Positions 50,136 to 59,070 of a stretch of DNA of 64,000 nucleotides are shown here, one piece after another. The translations under genes and the position numbers were made by a program. The stretch is from Alphaproteobacteria bacterium MarineAlpha5_Bin12 (GTDB lineage Bacteria > Pseudomonadota > Alphaproteobacteria > HIMB59 > GCA-002718135), in contig PTKS01000001.1 in assembly GCA_002937855.1 (NCBI GenBank), forward strand, positions 97,948 to 161,947. Direction: 5' to 3'. The number at the start of each line of letters is the position of its first letter. Position 1 is the first letter of the stretch. Below the pieces are notes generated by a model. It did not search any database. It was not told where the DNA came from and saw only the letters and a list, made by a program, of their open reading frames with translations.

Positions 50136-51026
50136 TTATCTTGCTTTTATACCGCGAAGTCTTTCTGCTCTTCGTCGGAGAATTTCAACAGTGGACAACA
50201 ATAAAATAGATAAAACAACTAAACATGTAGCCATACATAAAATAACGGGGCTTATTTCTTGCCTTATACCTGCCCACATTTGCTTAGGTATCGTTAGTTG
50301 ATCAAGACTTGCCATAAACATCACAATTACCACCTCATCAAATGATGTAATAAAGGCAAATAAAGCTCCCGATATCACTCCTGGTAAAATTAGAGGCATG
50401 ATAACTTTGAAGAAAGTTCTAATTGGTTTTGCTCCTAAACTTTGAGAAGCTTTAGTCATATTTGTATCAAACCCTACAAGCGTCGCGGTTACTGTAATAA
50501 CAACAAATGGTGTTGCAAGTGCTACGTGGGCCATAATAATTCCTGTAAATGTATAAACAAGATTAAATCTTGCATAAAAGAAAAACATACCTGCAGCAGT
50601 AATGATCAAAGGCACTATCATTGGAGATATCAAGATTGACATTATTAAGCCCTTGTAAGGCATATGTGGTCTACTTAAACCCAATGCAGCTAATGTGCCC
50701 AATGAAGTTGCAATAAATGTAGATGTTAATCCAACAAAAAAACTGTTTACTGTTGCATACATCCATTTATTACCACATGGAGTTGTAAGACTTTTATCAG
50801 TACAAATTCCAACCATATATCTATACCATCGTAATGACCAGGCTTCTGGATCAGGGGGAAAAGTAAGCATACCTTCAGTAAAAATCATAAAAGGTGATAC
50901 ACTAAATGATATAGGGATTATCGCTACTAATGGTGCGATAAGGAAAAAAAATACAGTTCCACAAAAGAATAAATAAAAATAATAAAATAATCTTTGTCCT
51001 GAGGTTGTGTAACTAGGTAATGCCAT
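50136..51026 (-). CDS. ABC transporter permease (PotC-like)
   Basis: 296-aa polytopic ORF. EAA-loop region SQSLGAKPIRTFFKVIMPLILPG. Confidence 0.85.
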   Translation of the reverse strand: MALPSYTTSGQRLFYYFYLFFCGTVFFFLIAPLVAIIPISFSVSPFMIFTEGMLTFPPDPEAWSLRWYRYMVGICTDKSLTTPCGNKWMYATVNSFFVGLTSTFIATSLGTLAALGLSRPHMPYKGLIMSILISPMIVPLIITAAGMFFFYARFNLVYTFTGIIMAHVALATPFVVITVTATLVGFDTNMTKASQSLGAKPIRTFFKVIMPLILPGVISGALFAFITSFDEVVIVMFMASLDQLTIPKQMWAGIRQEISPVILCMATCLVVLSILLLSTVEILRRRAERLRGIKAR

Positions 51027-51028
51027 TT

Positions 51029-52303
51029 TTATCCTAACTTTATATTATCAATTCCAACTATTTTATTATACAACCAATACAAAACTAACATTAAAACTAA
51101 AAGAATGCTCCCTAAAGCGGAGCATAAACCCCAATTTAAAGTAGTCTTTAGATGATATGCTATCCAGTGACCAATTAATTGTCCATCCTTGCCTCCTACT
51201 AATGCAGGAGTAATATAGTAACCTATTGCTAAAACAAATACTAATAAACCTCCAGCGCTTATTCCTGGAATTGTCTGCGGTAAGTATACTTTATAAAAAG
51301 CGCGAGCTGGTTTAGCTCCCAAATTTTGCGCAGCTCTCATATGACTCTTAGGAATTACTTTCATAACACTGTAAAGAGGTAAAATCATAAAAGGTAGAAG
51401 TATTTGCGTCATTGCTATTATAGTACCTGTCATATTGTATACCATTTGAATTCTCTGATCATCGTTAATGATTCCTAACCAAACCAATATACCATTTATT
51501 ACCCCATTTTGTTGAAGCATCACAATCCACGCGGTTGTTCGAACAAGTAAAGAAGTCCAAAAAGGTAATAAAACAAATATCATTAATAAATTACTATACC
51601 GAAGAGGAAGGTTAGCTAATAAATGAGCTACTGGAAAACCTAAAATTAAGCAAAAAAATGTCACGTAAATACTTACTTCAAGCGTTCTCCACCAAGTTCT
51701 TACATATATTCTTCTCTCTTCATTTTGTTTGACTACACTTCCATCTATATCGAAAGTCCTATCCATTGCATTCCAATAATAAATAGAAGTAGTTTCATTA
51801 ATCATTTGATTCATTGCAATCCAAAAAGTAGGATCACCCCAGCCTTTATGAATTTCTATCAATGTATCTTTATAGGAAACCGGTAATTCTCCAGATTTTA
51901 CAATCTTTTTTATTTGTCTTCTTGTTTTCTTAATCAGACTTTTCCAACCTGACTTAGAATAATTCATTCGCGTTAGAGCTTTACCAACTTGAATACCTTC
52001 TCCAGTTGCTAATTCATCAAAAATTGCTCTATAAACCTCTTCTGGGGGCAAATCCTGTCCATCCCATTTTTCATATTCTTCAAATGTTTTTGGAAAAACT
52101 GTGTTAATGTGACTATCATCAACACTTCTCATAAGCATATCGCCTATGGGCACAACAAATGTTATTAAAATAAATAACAATAGAGGAAAAACCAAAAGAA
52201 AGGCTCTAAGCTTATTCTTTCTTTCTGTTTTTTTGAGACTTACTCTTAATGGTATGCCATCAGTTGTTAATATTTCAGTATTAGTTGTAATTTTGACCTC
52301 CAA
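51029..52303 (-). CDS. ABC transporter permease (PotB-like) with a ~150-aa extracytoplasmic insertion after TM1
   Basis: 424-aa ORF. EAA-loop AQNLGAKPARAFYKVYLPQTIPG. Only a TTG start (52303) precedes TM1, so the start is uncertain. Confidence 0.8.
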   Translation of the reverse strand: MEVKITTNTEILTTDGIPLRVSLKKTERKNKLRAFLLVFPLLLFILITFVVPIGDMLMRSVDDSHINTVFPKTFEEYEKWDGQDLPPEEVYRAIFDELATGEGIQVGKALTRMNYSKSGWKSLIKKTRRQIKKIVKSGELPVSYKDTLIEIHKGWGDPTFWIAMNQMINETTSIYYWNAMDRTFDIDGSVVKQNEERRIYVRTWWRTLEVSIYVTFFCLILGFPVAHLLANLPLRYSNLLMIFVLLPFWTSLLVRTTAWIVMLQQNGVINGILVWLGIINDDQRIQMVYNMTGTIIAMTQILLPFMILPLYSVMKVIPKSHMRAAQNLGAKPARAFYKVYLPQTIPGISAGGLLVFVLAIGYYITPALVGGKDGQLIGHWIAYHLKTTLNWGLCSALGSILLVLMLVLYWLYNKIVGIDNIKLG

Positions 52304-52307
52304 ATAA

Positions 52308-52332
52308 AAAGGCGAGAACTAATCTCGCCTTT
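52308..52332 (-). terminator. Intra-operon rho-independent terminator/attenuator after the binding-protein gene
   Basis: 10-bp stem AAAGGCGAGA / TCTCGCCTTT with a 5-nt loop. On the minus strand it is followed by TTATTTGG. Lies 31 nt after the SBP stop. Confidence 0.7.
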
Positions 52333-52363
52333 AAATTAAATCATGTTTTGTATTAAATCAAGC

Positions 52364-53464
52364 TTAGTTACCCATCCAAGCAGCATATCGCTCGTCAATT
52401 TCAGCTCCATTATCAGACCACCATTCAGGATCACCCATAACTGAAATTTTTAATCTTTCAGGAGTGTTCGGCATGTGTGGCATAACATCAATACCTGTGT
52501 GGAACCAAGGCTCACCAGCTTTAATGATATCAATACCTGATGCTCTCATTGGACCATAAGTGATATATTTAGCTTGTTCAGCTTGAGATGCGGGAGACGT
52601 AGCATGAATTAAGAAATCCATTGCTTGATCTCTATTTGGTGCACCAGTCATTAAACATAAATATTCTTGTTCTAATAACTGACCTTCCCAAATATATTCA
52701 AAGTTTGCACCTTCACTAAGAACTGCTGCGCCAACACGACCATTGTACGCGATTGACATACTAACTTCACCACTACTTACTAATTCAAGTGGTTGAGCTC
52801 CAGCTGACCAGTGAACAATATGATCTTTAATTTTATCCATTACACCAAATGCTCTGTCTATAGCGCCACTTTGGCTCTTCAACACTTTGTAAACACCTTT
52901 TGGTGCAATTCCATCTGCAACTAGTGCCATTTGGATAAATCCATTTGCCCAAGTATGAACGCCTCTTTTACCAGGATAATTTTCTACATCAAAAAAGTCT
53001 GCAATTTTTGATGGTTGTTTATCTGCTGGAAAAGCACTAGGATCGAAAAATACAACATAAGTCCAGAAAATTTGTGGACCACAACAGTCTGATAGATTTT
53101 CAACTCCATTAGCTGCCATATCCGCAATAAGTCCATCTCCATTTTCTGCTGCAACGAAATTATCGTATTCCCCAGAAATGTCTTCAAATAGACCTTCATC
53201 ACATCCAGTAATTGCTTCATCTGGAAGAACGTCTACTAAATCCCATGCAACATTTCCACTTTCTACTTGTGCACGAACTTCACCTAAACCACCATTATAA
53301 TTTTCAAATTGAATAGCGCTAGGATCACTGTAAGTGTCTGCATATGCCTTAATTTGACTTTCTGTATACGCTCCACCCCAAGATGCTACAGTCACTGCAG
53401 ATGCTGAGAAAGAAAATAACGCGCATACCGATGCAAATAAGAAGGCTTTAATAAATTTTAACAT
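52364..53464 (-). CDS. ABC transporter periplasmic substrate-binding protein (PotD/PotF-like, family 1)
   Basis: Signal peptide MLKFIKAFLFASVCALFSFSASA. AGGAGG lies 8 nt before ATG 53464, so I prefer this start over tracked 53470. Markedly GC-richer and poorer in Lys/Asn than its neighbours. Confidence 0.85.
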   Translation of the reverse strand: MLKFIKAFLFASVCALFSFSASAVTVASWGGAYTESQIKAYADTYSDPSAIQFENYNGGLGEVRAQVESGNVAWDLVDVLPDEAITGCDEGLFEDISGEYDNFVAAENGDGLIADMAANGVENLSDCCGPQIFWTYVVFFDPSAFPADKQPSKIADFFDVENYPGKRGVHTWANGFIQMALVADGIAPKGVYKVLKSQSGAIDRAFGVMDKIKDHIVHWSAGAQPLELVSSGEVSMSIAYNGRVGAAVLSEGANFEYIWEGQLLEQEYLCLMTGAPNRDQAMDFLIHATSPASQAEQAKYITYGPMRASGIDIIKAGEPWFHTGIDVMPHMPNTPERLKISVMGDPEWWSDNGAEIDERYAAWMGN

Positions 53465-53588
53465 AATCATGTCCTCCTATTTTATAGTTTGTTTGATTAA
53501 GTACTTATTCAAAGTTGTTTTATATAACACGAATAGGATTAAAAAAAAGGCTAAATTTGTTATAAATTTGAAATATATATTGATTTTA

Positions 53589-54677
53589 TTAGGTATTTTT
53601 GATGTCTAACGCCCTTATATCAGATGAGTTCCAAGAAACATTAATTTTATCTCCTTCGTTTAAGGATAAAGATCCTTCGTTTGGAGTTTTAACAATAAAT
53701 TGATCATTATTGCACACATTTAATCTTATTCTTATATGGTCACCTAAATAGATCAGTTCTTTAACTTCTCCTTCAAAGTTATTTTCTTCTTCTTTATTTG
53801 AGTTTATTGTGACTCTTTCTGGGCGTACTGATAATTCAGTCGCATCTCCTTCTGAATTTACATTTACTTTTAAAGCTTTCACTTGGCTCCCTCCGTTTAC
53901 TTCTACATCACATAAATCACCTTCAATTTTTTTTACTATTCCTGTAAATCTATTATTTTCTCCTATGAATTGCGCCACGAAAGAATTTTCAGGTTTTTCA
54001 TAAAGAACATCAGGTGTAGATAACTGTTGAACAACTCCATCATTAAATACAGCTATTCTATTGGACATAGTTAATGCTTCACTTTGATCATGAGTTACAT
54101 AAACTACTGTAATTCCAATTCTTTCATGAATATGTTTAATCTCATATTGCATTTGTTCTCTCAAATTTTTATCTAACGCTCCAAGAGGCTCATCCATTAA
54201 GACTAAGCGAGGTTCAAAAACTAATGCTCTAGCTAAAGCAACTCTTTGTTGTTGACCACCCGATAATTGAGCTGGGAAGCGATTACCAAATTCACCCAAT
54301 TCAACCATATCTAATGCCTTTTTGACTCTTGTAGTTACATCTGATTTAGAAATTTTTCTTACCTCTAAAGGAAAAGCAAGATTTTCTTGAACTGTCATAT
54401 GAGGAAAGAGAGCATAATTTTGAAATACCATTCCAATTTCTCTTTCGTAGGGTGGAATTTTGCTTATTGGTTTATTATCTAAATAAATTTCACCATTTGT
54501 AGGAGTTTCAAATCCTGCCAACATCATCAGTGTTGTTGTTTTGCCTGAACCAGAAGGTCCTAACATTGTAACAAACTCACCTTTGGATATATTTAAATTT
54601 AAGTTTTTAACAACTAAAACTTCGCCATCATAACTCTTATCAATTTTTTCAAAAACTACAAATCCACTGTTTTCCAT
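53589..54677 (-). CDS. ABC transporter ATP-binding protein (PotA-like, with C-terminal TOBE-type domain)
   Basis: Walker A GPSGSGKTT, signature LSGGQQQRVALARAL, Walker B LVLMDEPLGALD. ATG 54677 preferred over tracked GTG 54683. Confidence 0.9.
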   Translation of the reverse strand: MENSGFVVFEKIDKSYDGEVLVVKNLNLNISKGEFVTMLGPSGSGKTTTLMMLAGFETPTNGEIYLDNKPISKIPPYEREIGMVFQNYALFPHMTVQENLAFPLEVRKISKSDVTTRVKKALDMVELGEFGNRFPAQLSGGQQQRVALARALVFEPRLVLMDEPLGALDKNLREQMQYEIKHIHERIGITVVYVTHDQSEALTMSNRIAVFNDGVVQQLSTPDVLYEKPENSFVAQFIGENNRFTGIVKKIEGDLCDVEVNGGSQVKALKVNVNSEGDATELSVRPERVTINSNKEEENNFEGEVKELIYLGDHIRIRLNVCNNDQFIVKTPNEGSLSLNEGDKINVSWNSSDIRALDIKNT

Positions 54678-54772
54678 ATACACACTTTTAATTTATTTAT
54701 AGACATTTGTAATAGACGAATAACTAGCAAAATGTCAATATTAATAGCTATATTATTTTATTTTTTTTATCA

Positions 54773-55642
54773 ATGAATATAAATGGTTTTTTTTCTGCAA
54801 TCTTGGCAGCATCTTTATTTGGTATGATACCAACGTTTACAAAAATATCATATGGGTACCAAATCAGCCCACAATTAGCGGTGTTTACTAGATATGTACT
54901 TGCTTTAATTTTAATAATAGTTCCATTTATTATTTACAAAAATAATTATAAAATTATTAAACAAAAAATTTTTCTACTTTTACTTATTTCTTTAGGTTCT
55001 ATATGCCTTTCAACTGGGTTGCTAGTATCTGTAATATTTATTCCAGTAAGTTTAGTGGCATTAATTTTTTATACGTACCCTTTAATTGTCCTAGGATATT
55101 CAAGTATTTTTGGAAAGAAATTAAATAAGATTCAAATAATAGGTTTTTTTTTAGCTTTTGCAGGACTGGGATTAGCTTTAGGCCCAAACTTTGAAACATT
55201 AAATATATATGGAATAATGTTAGCATTATTAGCATCAATTGGAGCAGCAACTATATTAATTACAAATGAAATTTTAGCTAAAGATTTGAATCCCTTTACA
55301 ATTAATGCATTTGTTAATTTTTTTTGTTTTTTAGTTTTAGTATTAGTTATAGGGATAAATTTTGATATTGATTTAAATGTTCCAAACTTGGGAAAAATTT
55401 ATATATTTTTTGCCTCATTATTTTACTGTGCAGCTTTTTTTGCACAATTAATAGCTGTAAGTTATATTGGCTCTACAAAAACTTCTCTAATATTATATTT
55501 AGAACCTATAGTGGCAATAATTTCAGCAATAATACTATTAAATGAATCTTTAACAAAAATTCAAACTTTAGGAACAATAATAGTCATATTTTCTTTGGTA
55601 ATTTCTTTAAGAAAAAATACTAACCAATTGTATTCTTCATAA
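54773..55642 (+). CDS. EamA/DMT-family transporter
   Basis: 289-aa 10-TM ORF. Its 3' end overlaps the convergent M19-like gene by 23 nt. Confidence 0.75.
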   Translation: MNINGFFSAILAASLFGMIPTFTKISYGYQISPQLAVFTRYVLALILIIVPFIIYKNNYKIIKQKIFLLLLISLGSICLSTGLLVSVIFIPVSLVALIFYTYPLIVLGYSSIFGKKLNKIQIIGFFLAFAGLGLALGPNFETLNIYGIMLALLASIGAATILITNEILAKDLNPFTINAFVNFFCFLVLVLVIGINFDIDLNVPNLGKIYIFFASLFYCAAFFAQLIAVSYIGSTKTSLILYLEPIVAIISAIILLNESLTKIQTLGTIIVIFSLVISLRKNTNQLYSS

Positions 55643-56609
55643 AATTTAGCCAATTAGATCCCATTATCTTGATTGCATTTTTTTCAGAAATTCCAGATTT
55701 AATTAATGCATTATAAATATTTATTATGTCACTACCTTTTCTAAACCATTGTGGTTGGGTTGGCCATTTTATACTTTTATTTTTTGATTCACCATAATCC
55801 AATTTTTTTGTCCATTTTCCATTTCTCATCCAAACAACCACTTCATCTTTCCAATTACTACATAAATCACTTCCAATTCCAATACTCTCGATACCAATTA
55901 GATTTATCAAATCCTTAACCATTTGACAAAAATCTTCTATTTTGCATTTGTTATGATTTTTTAAATGATAAGGGTATAAACTTAGTCCTATAAATCCATT
56001 TTTATTTGAAAGTTTTTTTAAGACATCATTTTCAATGTTTCTTTTTGATTTATGAAAAAAAAATGGATTTGCATGTGAAATGGCCACGGGTTTTTTAGAA
56101 ATTTTTATTGCATCTAGGCATGTTTTTTTTCCCGCATGACTTAAGTCAACAATTATTCCTAGATTATTCATTTCTTCAATTACTTGATGTCCGAATCTTG
56201 AAATACCCGAGTCAACTGCTTCAAAGCATCCTCCGCCTATAGCAGTTTGATTGTTATATGTTAATTGCATAAATCTCAGCCCTAGAGAATAAAATTTTTC
56301 TAATAAAAAAATATTATTTTCTATAGGAGCTGAATTTTGAAATCCAAAAATTATAGCTACTTTGTTATTTTTTTTTGCTTTTATTATATCATCAGTATTT
56401 TTGGCATGAGTAATTATATCTTTATTTTTTTTAATTCTGATTTGCCATTTTTTAATTTTATTTATTGCCTCTTCAGTGTTTTCCCAATACACAATAGTTA
56501 CGTGAACAGCTGTAAGGCCACCCTGCCATAAGTCTTCCAATATTTTTCTGTTCCAATTGCAATATTGAAGACCATCAATAAGAATATGATTTTTTAATGG
56601 ATTTTTCAT
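55620..56609 (-). CDS. M19 (renal dipeptidase)-like amidohydrolase with a partly degenerate metal site
   Basis: 329-aa ORF with no signal peptide. DLSHAG, ISHANP and GSD are retained. The usual DGHND is DGLQY and the bridging Glu region reads FGFQNS. Confidence 0.7.
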   Translation of the reverse strand: MKNPLKNHILIDGLQYCNWNRKILEDLWQGGLTAVHVTIVYWENTEEAINKIKKWQIRIKKNKDIITHAKNTDDIIKAKKNNKVAIIFGFQNSAPIENNIFLLEKFYSLGLRFMQLTYNNQTAIGGGCFEAVDSGISRFGHQVIEEMNNLGIIVDLSHAGKKTCLDAIKISKKPVAISHANPFFFHKSKRNIENDVLKKLSNKNGFIGLSLYPYHLKNHNKCKIEDFCQMVKDLINLIGIESIGIGSDLCSNWKDEVVVWMRNGKWTKKLDYGESKNKSIKWPTQPQWFRKGSDIINIYNALIKSGISEKNAIKIMGSNWLNFMKNTIG

Positions 56610-56688
56610 TTAAATTTTTGCAAATAATGTATTTATTTATATATATATTTTATAATACGATGCTAAAAAAATAATTAAACTAAAAAAA

Positions 56689-58353
56689 ATGAAATCAAAA
56701 GAAATTATGACATTAAAAAGGATGGGTTCGAAATACCCATCTAGACTAAGTTTTTCAAGGAGTATGCTTAGATTATTGGTTAGAGAAAAATGGAAAATTA
56801 GAAAATCAAAATTTGATTTAGATAAAAATGGCTATGGTACAGTTATCTATGAGGTGGATACTTTGAAAGGAATTTATTCTCTTATATGCTTTTCTCGTTT
56901 TTTGAATGATGAAGAAAGAAGTGATAGGGTAATTGCTGATAAATGGGATACTGCTTATACACTTCACATAGGAAAAATTAGTAAAAAAAATTTAAATAGA
57001 TTAAAAGAAAATGTTCCACTTCAAGAATTAGGCAGAAATTCACCAAATGAAATAATTTTAAGTCGGGCAAATAAAAGTGTGCGTTTGTTCAAAAAAGTAG
57101 TCGAATGTCTTTCAAATGGTGAACAGCCTAGTATTAAAGAAATTAATGAAGTCGGATATTTAATGAGAACAACAGCCGTGTATGGAAGTGGAAAATTTGG
57201 ATTATCTGATTTTGAAAGAACAAAAAAAGCTACATTATTTGATCAGCCATTTAGAGCAGAAATGTTATCTGTATATATTATAAGAGAATTTAGCGTAGAT
57301 TTAGTTGAGCATATAGCACATCATATTAATCCTAAAAAAGCAGTAAAACTTGATAAAAAAATTAAACAACACCTAGGTATTGGAAACTCTACTGGCTTAG
57401 GAATGGCTCCCTTTGTTATTAAACATCCAAAATTGATTCATAAATGGATGAACCAGTTTAATCTTGCAGTTAACAAAATATATTCTTTGAAAAATATAAA
57501 TCAAAAAAAATTAAATGAATTTATTAAATTAATTGAAAAGTCTAAAGACTATTTAAAAGAAGTAAAAACTGTTGATAGTTTTCAAATTAAAAAAAATGCG
57601 AAAGCTTTAGCAGATATTAAAAAAACAATTATATTTTTGAAAAAAAATAATCCTAAAAAAAATAATTATCAATGGAAAAATATTATCGATTTTGCTTACA
57701 AAAATTTAAACTATGATGCTCAAGAGATAATAAAAGTTCAGCTTATAGAATTATACCCTGAAATTGCTGACCCGTTAGGAGATGACATGTCAAATTCTGA
57801 TGATTTATATATAAAATCAAATGAAAAAATTTCTTCATTAATTGAATTTATTGAAAAAAATTATCAATGGGCGATTAAAATAGATTTTAATAAAAAAGAA
57901 AATTCATATTTATTTTGGTATATCTCAGAAGAAAAATTAGAGCCTAGATTGGGAGAAAGATATAATGAAAAAGGTTCTGAACTTGAACAACCCTTAGGAA
58001 TTGGAAAATTGGTTCAAATTTTGTATAATTTTTTACTTCAACATAAAGAAACTCATAAAGAAACAGTTGCTAAATTCTTACTTAGTTATCCCGAATACAG
58101 GGGAATTATCAGAAGAATACAAACATTATCAGATTACAAATTTGGAGAAGTAAAAGATAATATTTTAGCAAAAAATACTATGCCTATAGATATGTTGCGA
58201 TTTAAATTATCTTTTTTTGGTGCATCGCGCTATGATCCAAAATCTGATAGATGGTTAAGAGTAAGTTTTTTTGCTGGTGCTCCATTTTATAGAGATTTAT
58301 CTAATAAAAATGTTGATACTTGGGGTTTTACAACTATGAATTCTTACAATTGA
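56689..58353 (+). CDS. Hypothetical protein, 554 aa, no motif I can recognise
   Basis: Long uninterrupted ORF in an AT-rich genome where random ORFs are short. Soluble, with no TM segment or signal peptide. Coupled to the next ORF by a TTGA overlap. Confidence 0.65.
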   Translation: MKSKEIMTLKRMGSKYPSRLSFSRSMLRLLVREKWKIRKSKFDLDKNGYGTVIYEVDTLKGIYSLICFSRFLNDEERSDRVIADKWDTAYTLHIGKISKKNLNRLKENVPLQELGRNSPNEIILSRANKSVRLFKKVVECLSNGEQPSIKEINEVGYLMRTTAVYGSGKFGLSDFERTKKATLFDQPFRAEMLSVYIIREFSVDLVEHIAHHINPKKAVKLDKKIKQHLGIGNSTGLGMAPFVIKHPKLIHKWMNQFNLAVNKIYSLKNINQKKLNEFIKLIEKSKDYLKEVKTVDSFQIKKNAKALADIKKTIIFLKKNNPKKNNYQWKNIIDFAYKNLNYDAQEIIKVQLIELYPEIADPLGDDMSNSDDLYIKSNEKISSLIEFIEKNYQWAIKIDFNKKENSYLFWYISEEKLEPRLGERYNEKGSELEQPLGIGKLVQILYNFLLQHKETHKETVAKFLLSYPEYRGIIRRIQTLSDYKFGEVKDNILAKNTMPIDMLRFKLSFFGASRYDPKSDRWLRVSFFAGAPFYRDLSNKNVDTWGFTTMNSYN

Positions 58354-59057
58354 TAGTGAGTTATTCATTTTACGAAATATACATAACAGCACAAAGAGCT
58401 TTTACAGCTATGGGATTTCCTTATGGCTGTGACGAAGATGCGGCATTTATCATAACTTGGCTGGAGCTAAATAATTTTCAAGGAATTAAAATCTTATCAA
58501 ATTTAATTTCTGAAATGGACCAAAAATATGAAGGAAAAATTGAAATAAATAATTTAAATGAAAAAATAAATTTTAAAAATAAATCAATTTTAATGAAAGG
58601 TGCTGGATTAATAGACTATCTTAATTCAGAAATTAAAAATAAAAATAAAATTTCTATAAACATCATAAATTGCAAAGATGGAATATTATTTCTACCTCTT
58701 CTTTATAAAAAATCTGAATATGTGAATTCATATCAATTAACTTTTCATGATGTTAATAATGAGATAAAAACTTATGAAATTTTTGATAAAGAAATAATAT
58801 TATGTCAAAAAAAATATAGTGATTTATTAAATCAAAACACTGTCTGTATTGTCATTAATAACAATAAAGAAAAAGTAAATAATTCTAATAAGAATAGTAT
58901 TATTTCAGAAAAAAAAATTCAAAAAAATCTTGCGCAATCTATAAAACCAAAATCAGATTCATGGGATAAAATTACAAAATTAGCAAATAAAACATTTGTT
59001 CCTGAATCTGAAGAGTCAAGAAATAAAGGAGCGGGTGGAGGAAATGACAATGATTAG
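58350..59057 (+). CDS. Hypothetical protein, ~235 aa, Gly-rich acidic C-terminus
   Basis: Tracked as 58320..59057 (TTG). In-frame TTG 58350 overlaps the upstream TGA (TTGA); GTG 58356 is an alternative start. No recognisable catalytic motif. Confidence 0.6.
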   Translation: MIVSYSFYEIYITAQRAFTAMGFPYGCDEDAAFIITWLELNNFQGIKILSNLISEMDQKYEGKIEINNLNEKINFKNKSILMKGAGLIDYLNSEIKNKNKISINIINCKDGILFLPLLYKKSEYVNSYQLTFHDVNNEIKTYEIFDKEIILCQKKYSDLLNQNTVCIVINNNKEKVNNSNKNSIISEKKIQKNLAQSIKPKSDSWDKITKLANKTFVPESEESRNKGAGGGNDND

Positions 59058-59070
59058 TTTTAATTTAGAT

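Noticed and set aside
43537-54683. Higher-GC stretch as a horizontally acquired island
   Set aside because: The GC elevation is gene-by-gene: the binding proteins, the ALDH and the membrane proteins are elevated, while the interleaved SDR and FAD oxidoreductase are as AT-rich as the rest. There are no flanking tRNA, integrase or direct repeats. Expression and amino-acid composition effects explain it better.
58320-58356. Possibility that the 554-aa and 245-aa ORFs are one gene broken by a frameshift (pseudogene or programmed frameshift)
   Set aside because: The junction has a clean TGA with an in-frame TTG/GTG start forming a TTGA overlap. The same coupling device is seen at 62120-62123. There is no slippery heptamer or homopolymer run at the junction. 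I cannot fully exclude it without homologues.
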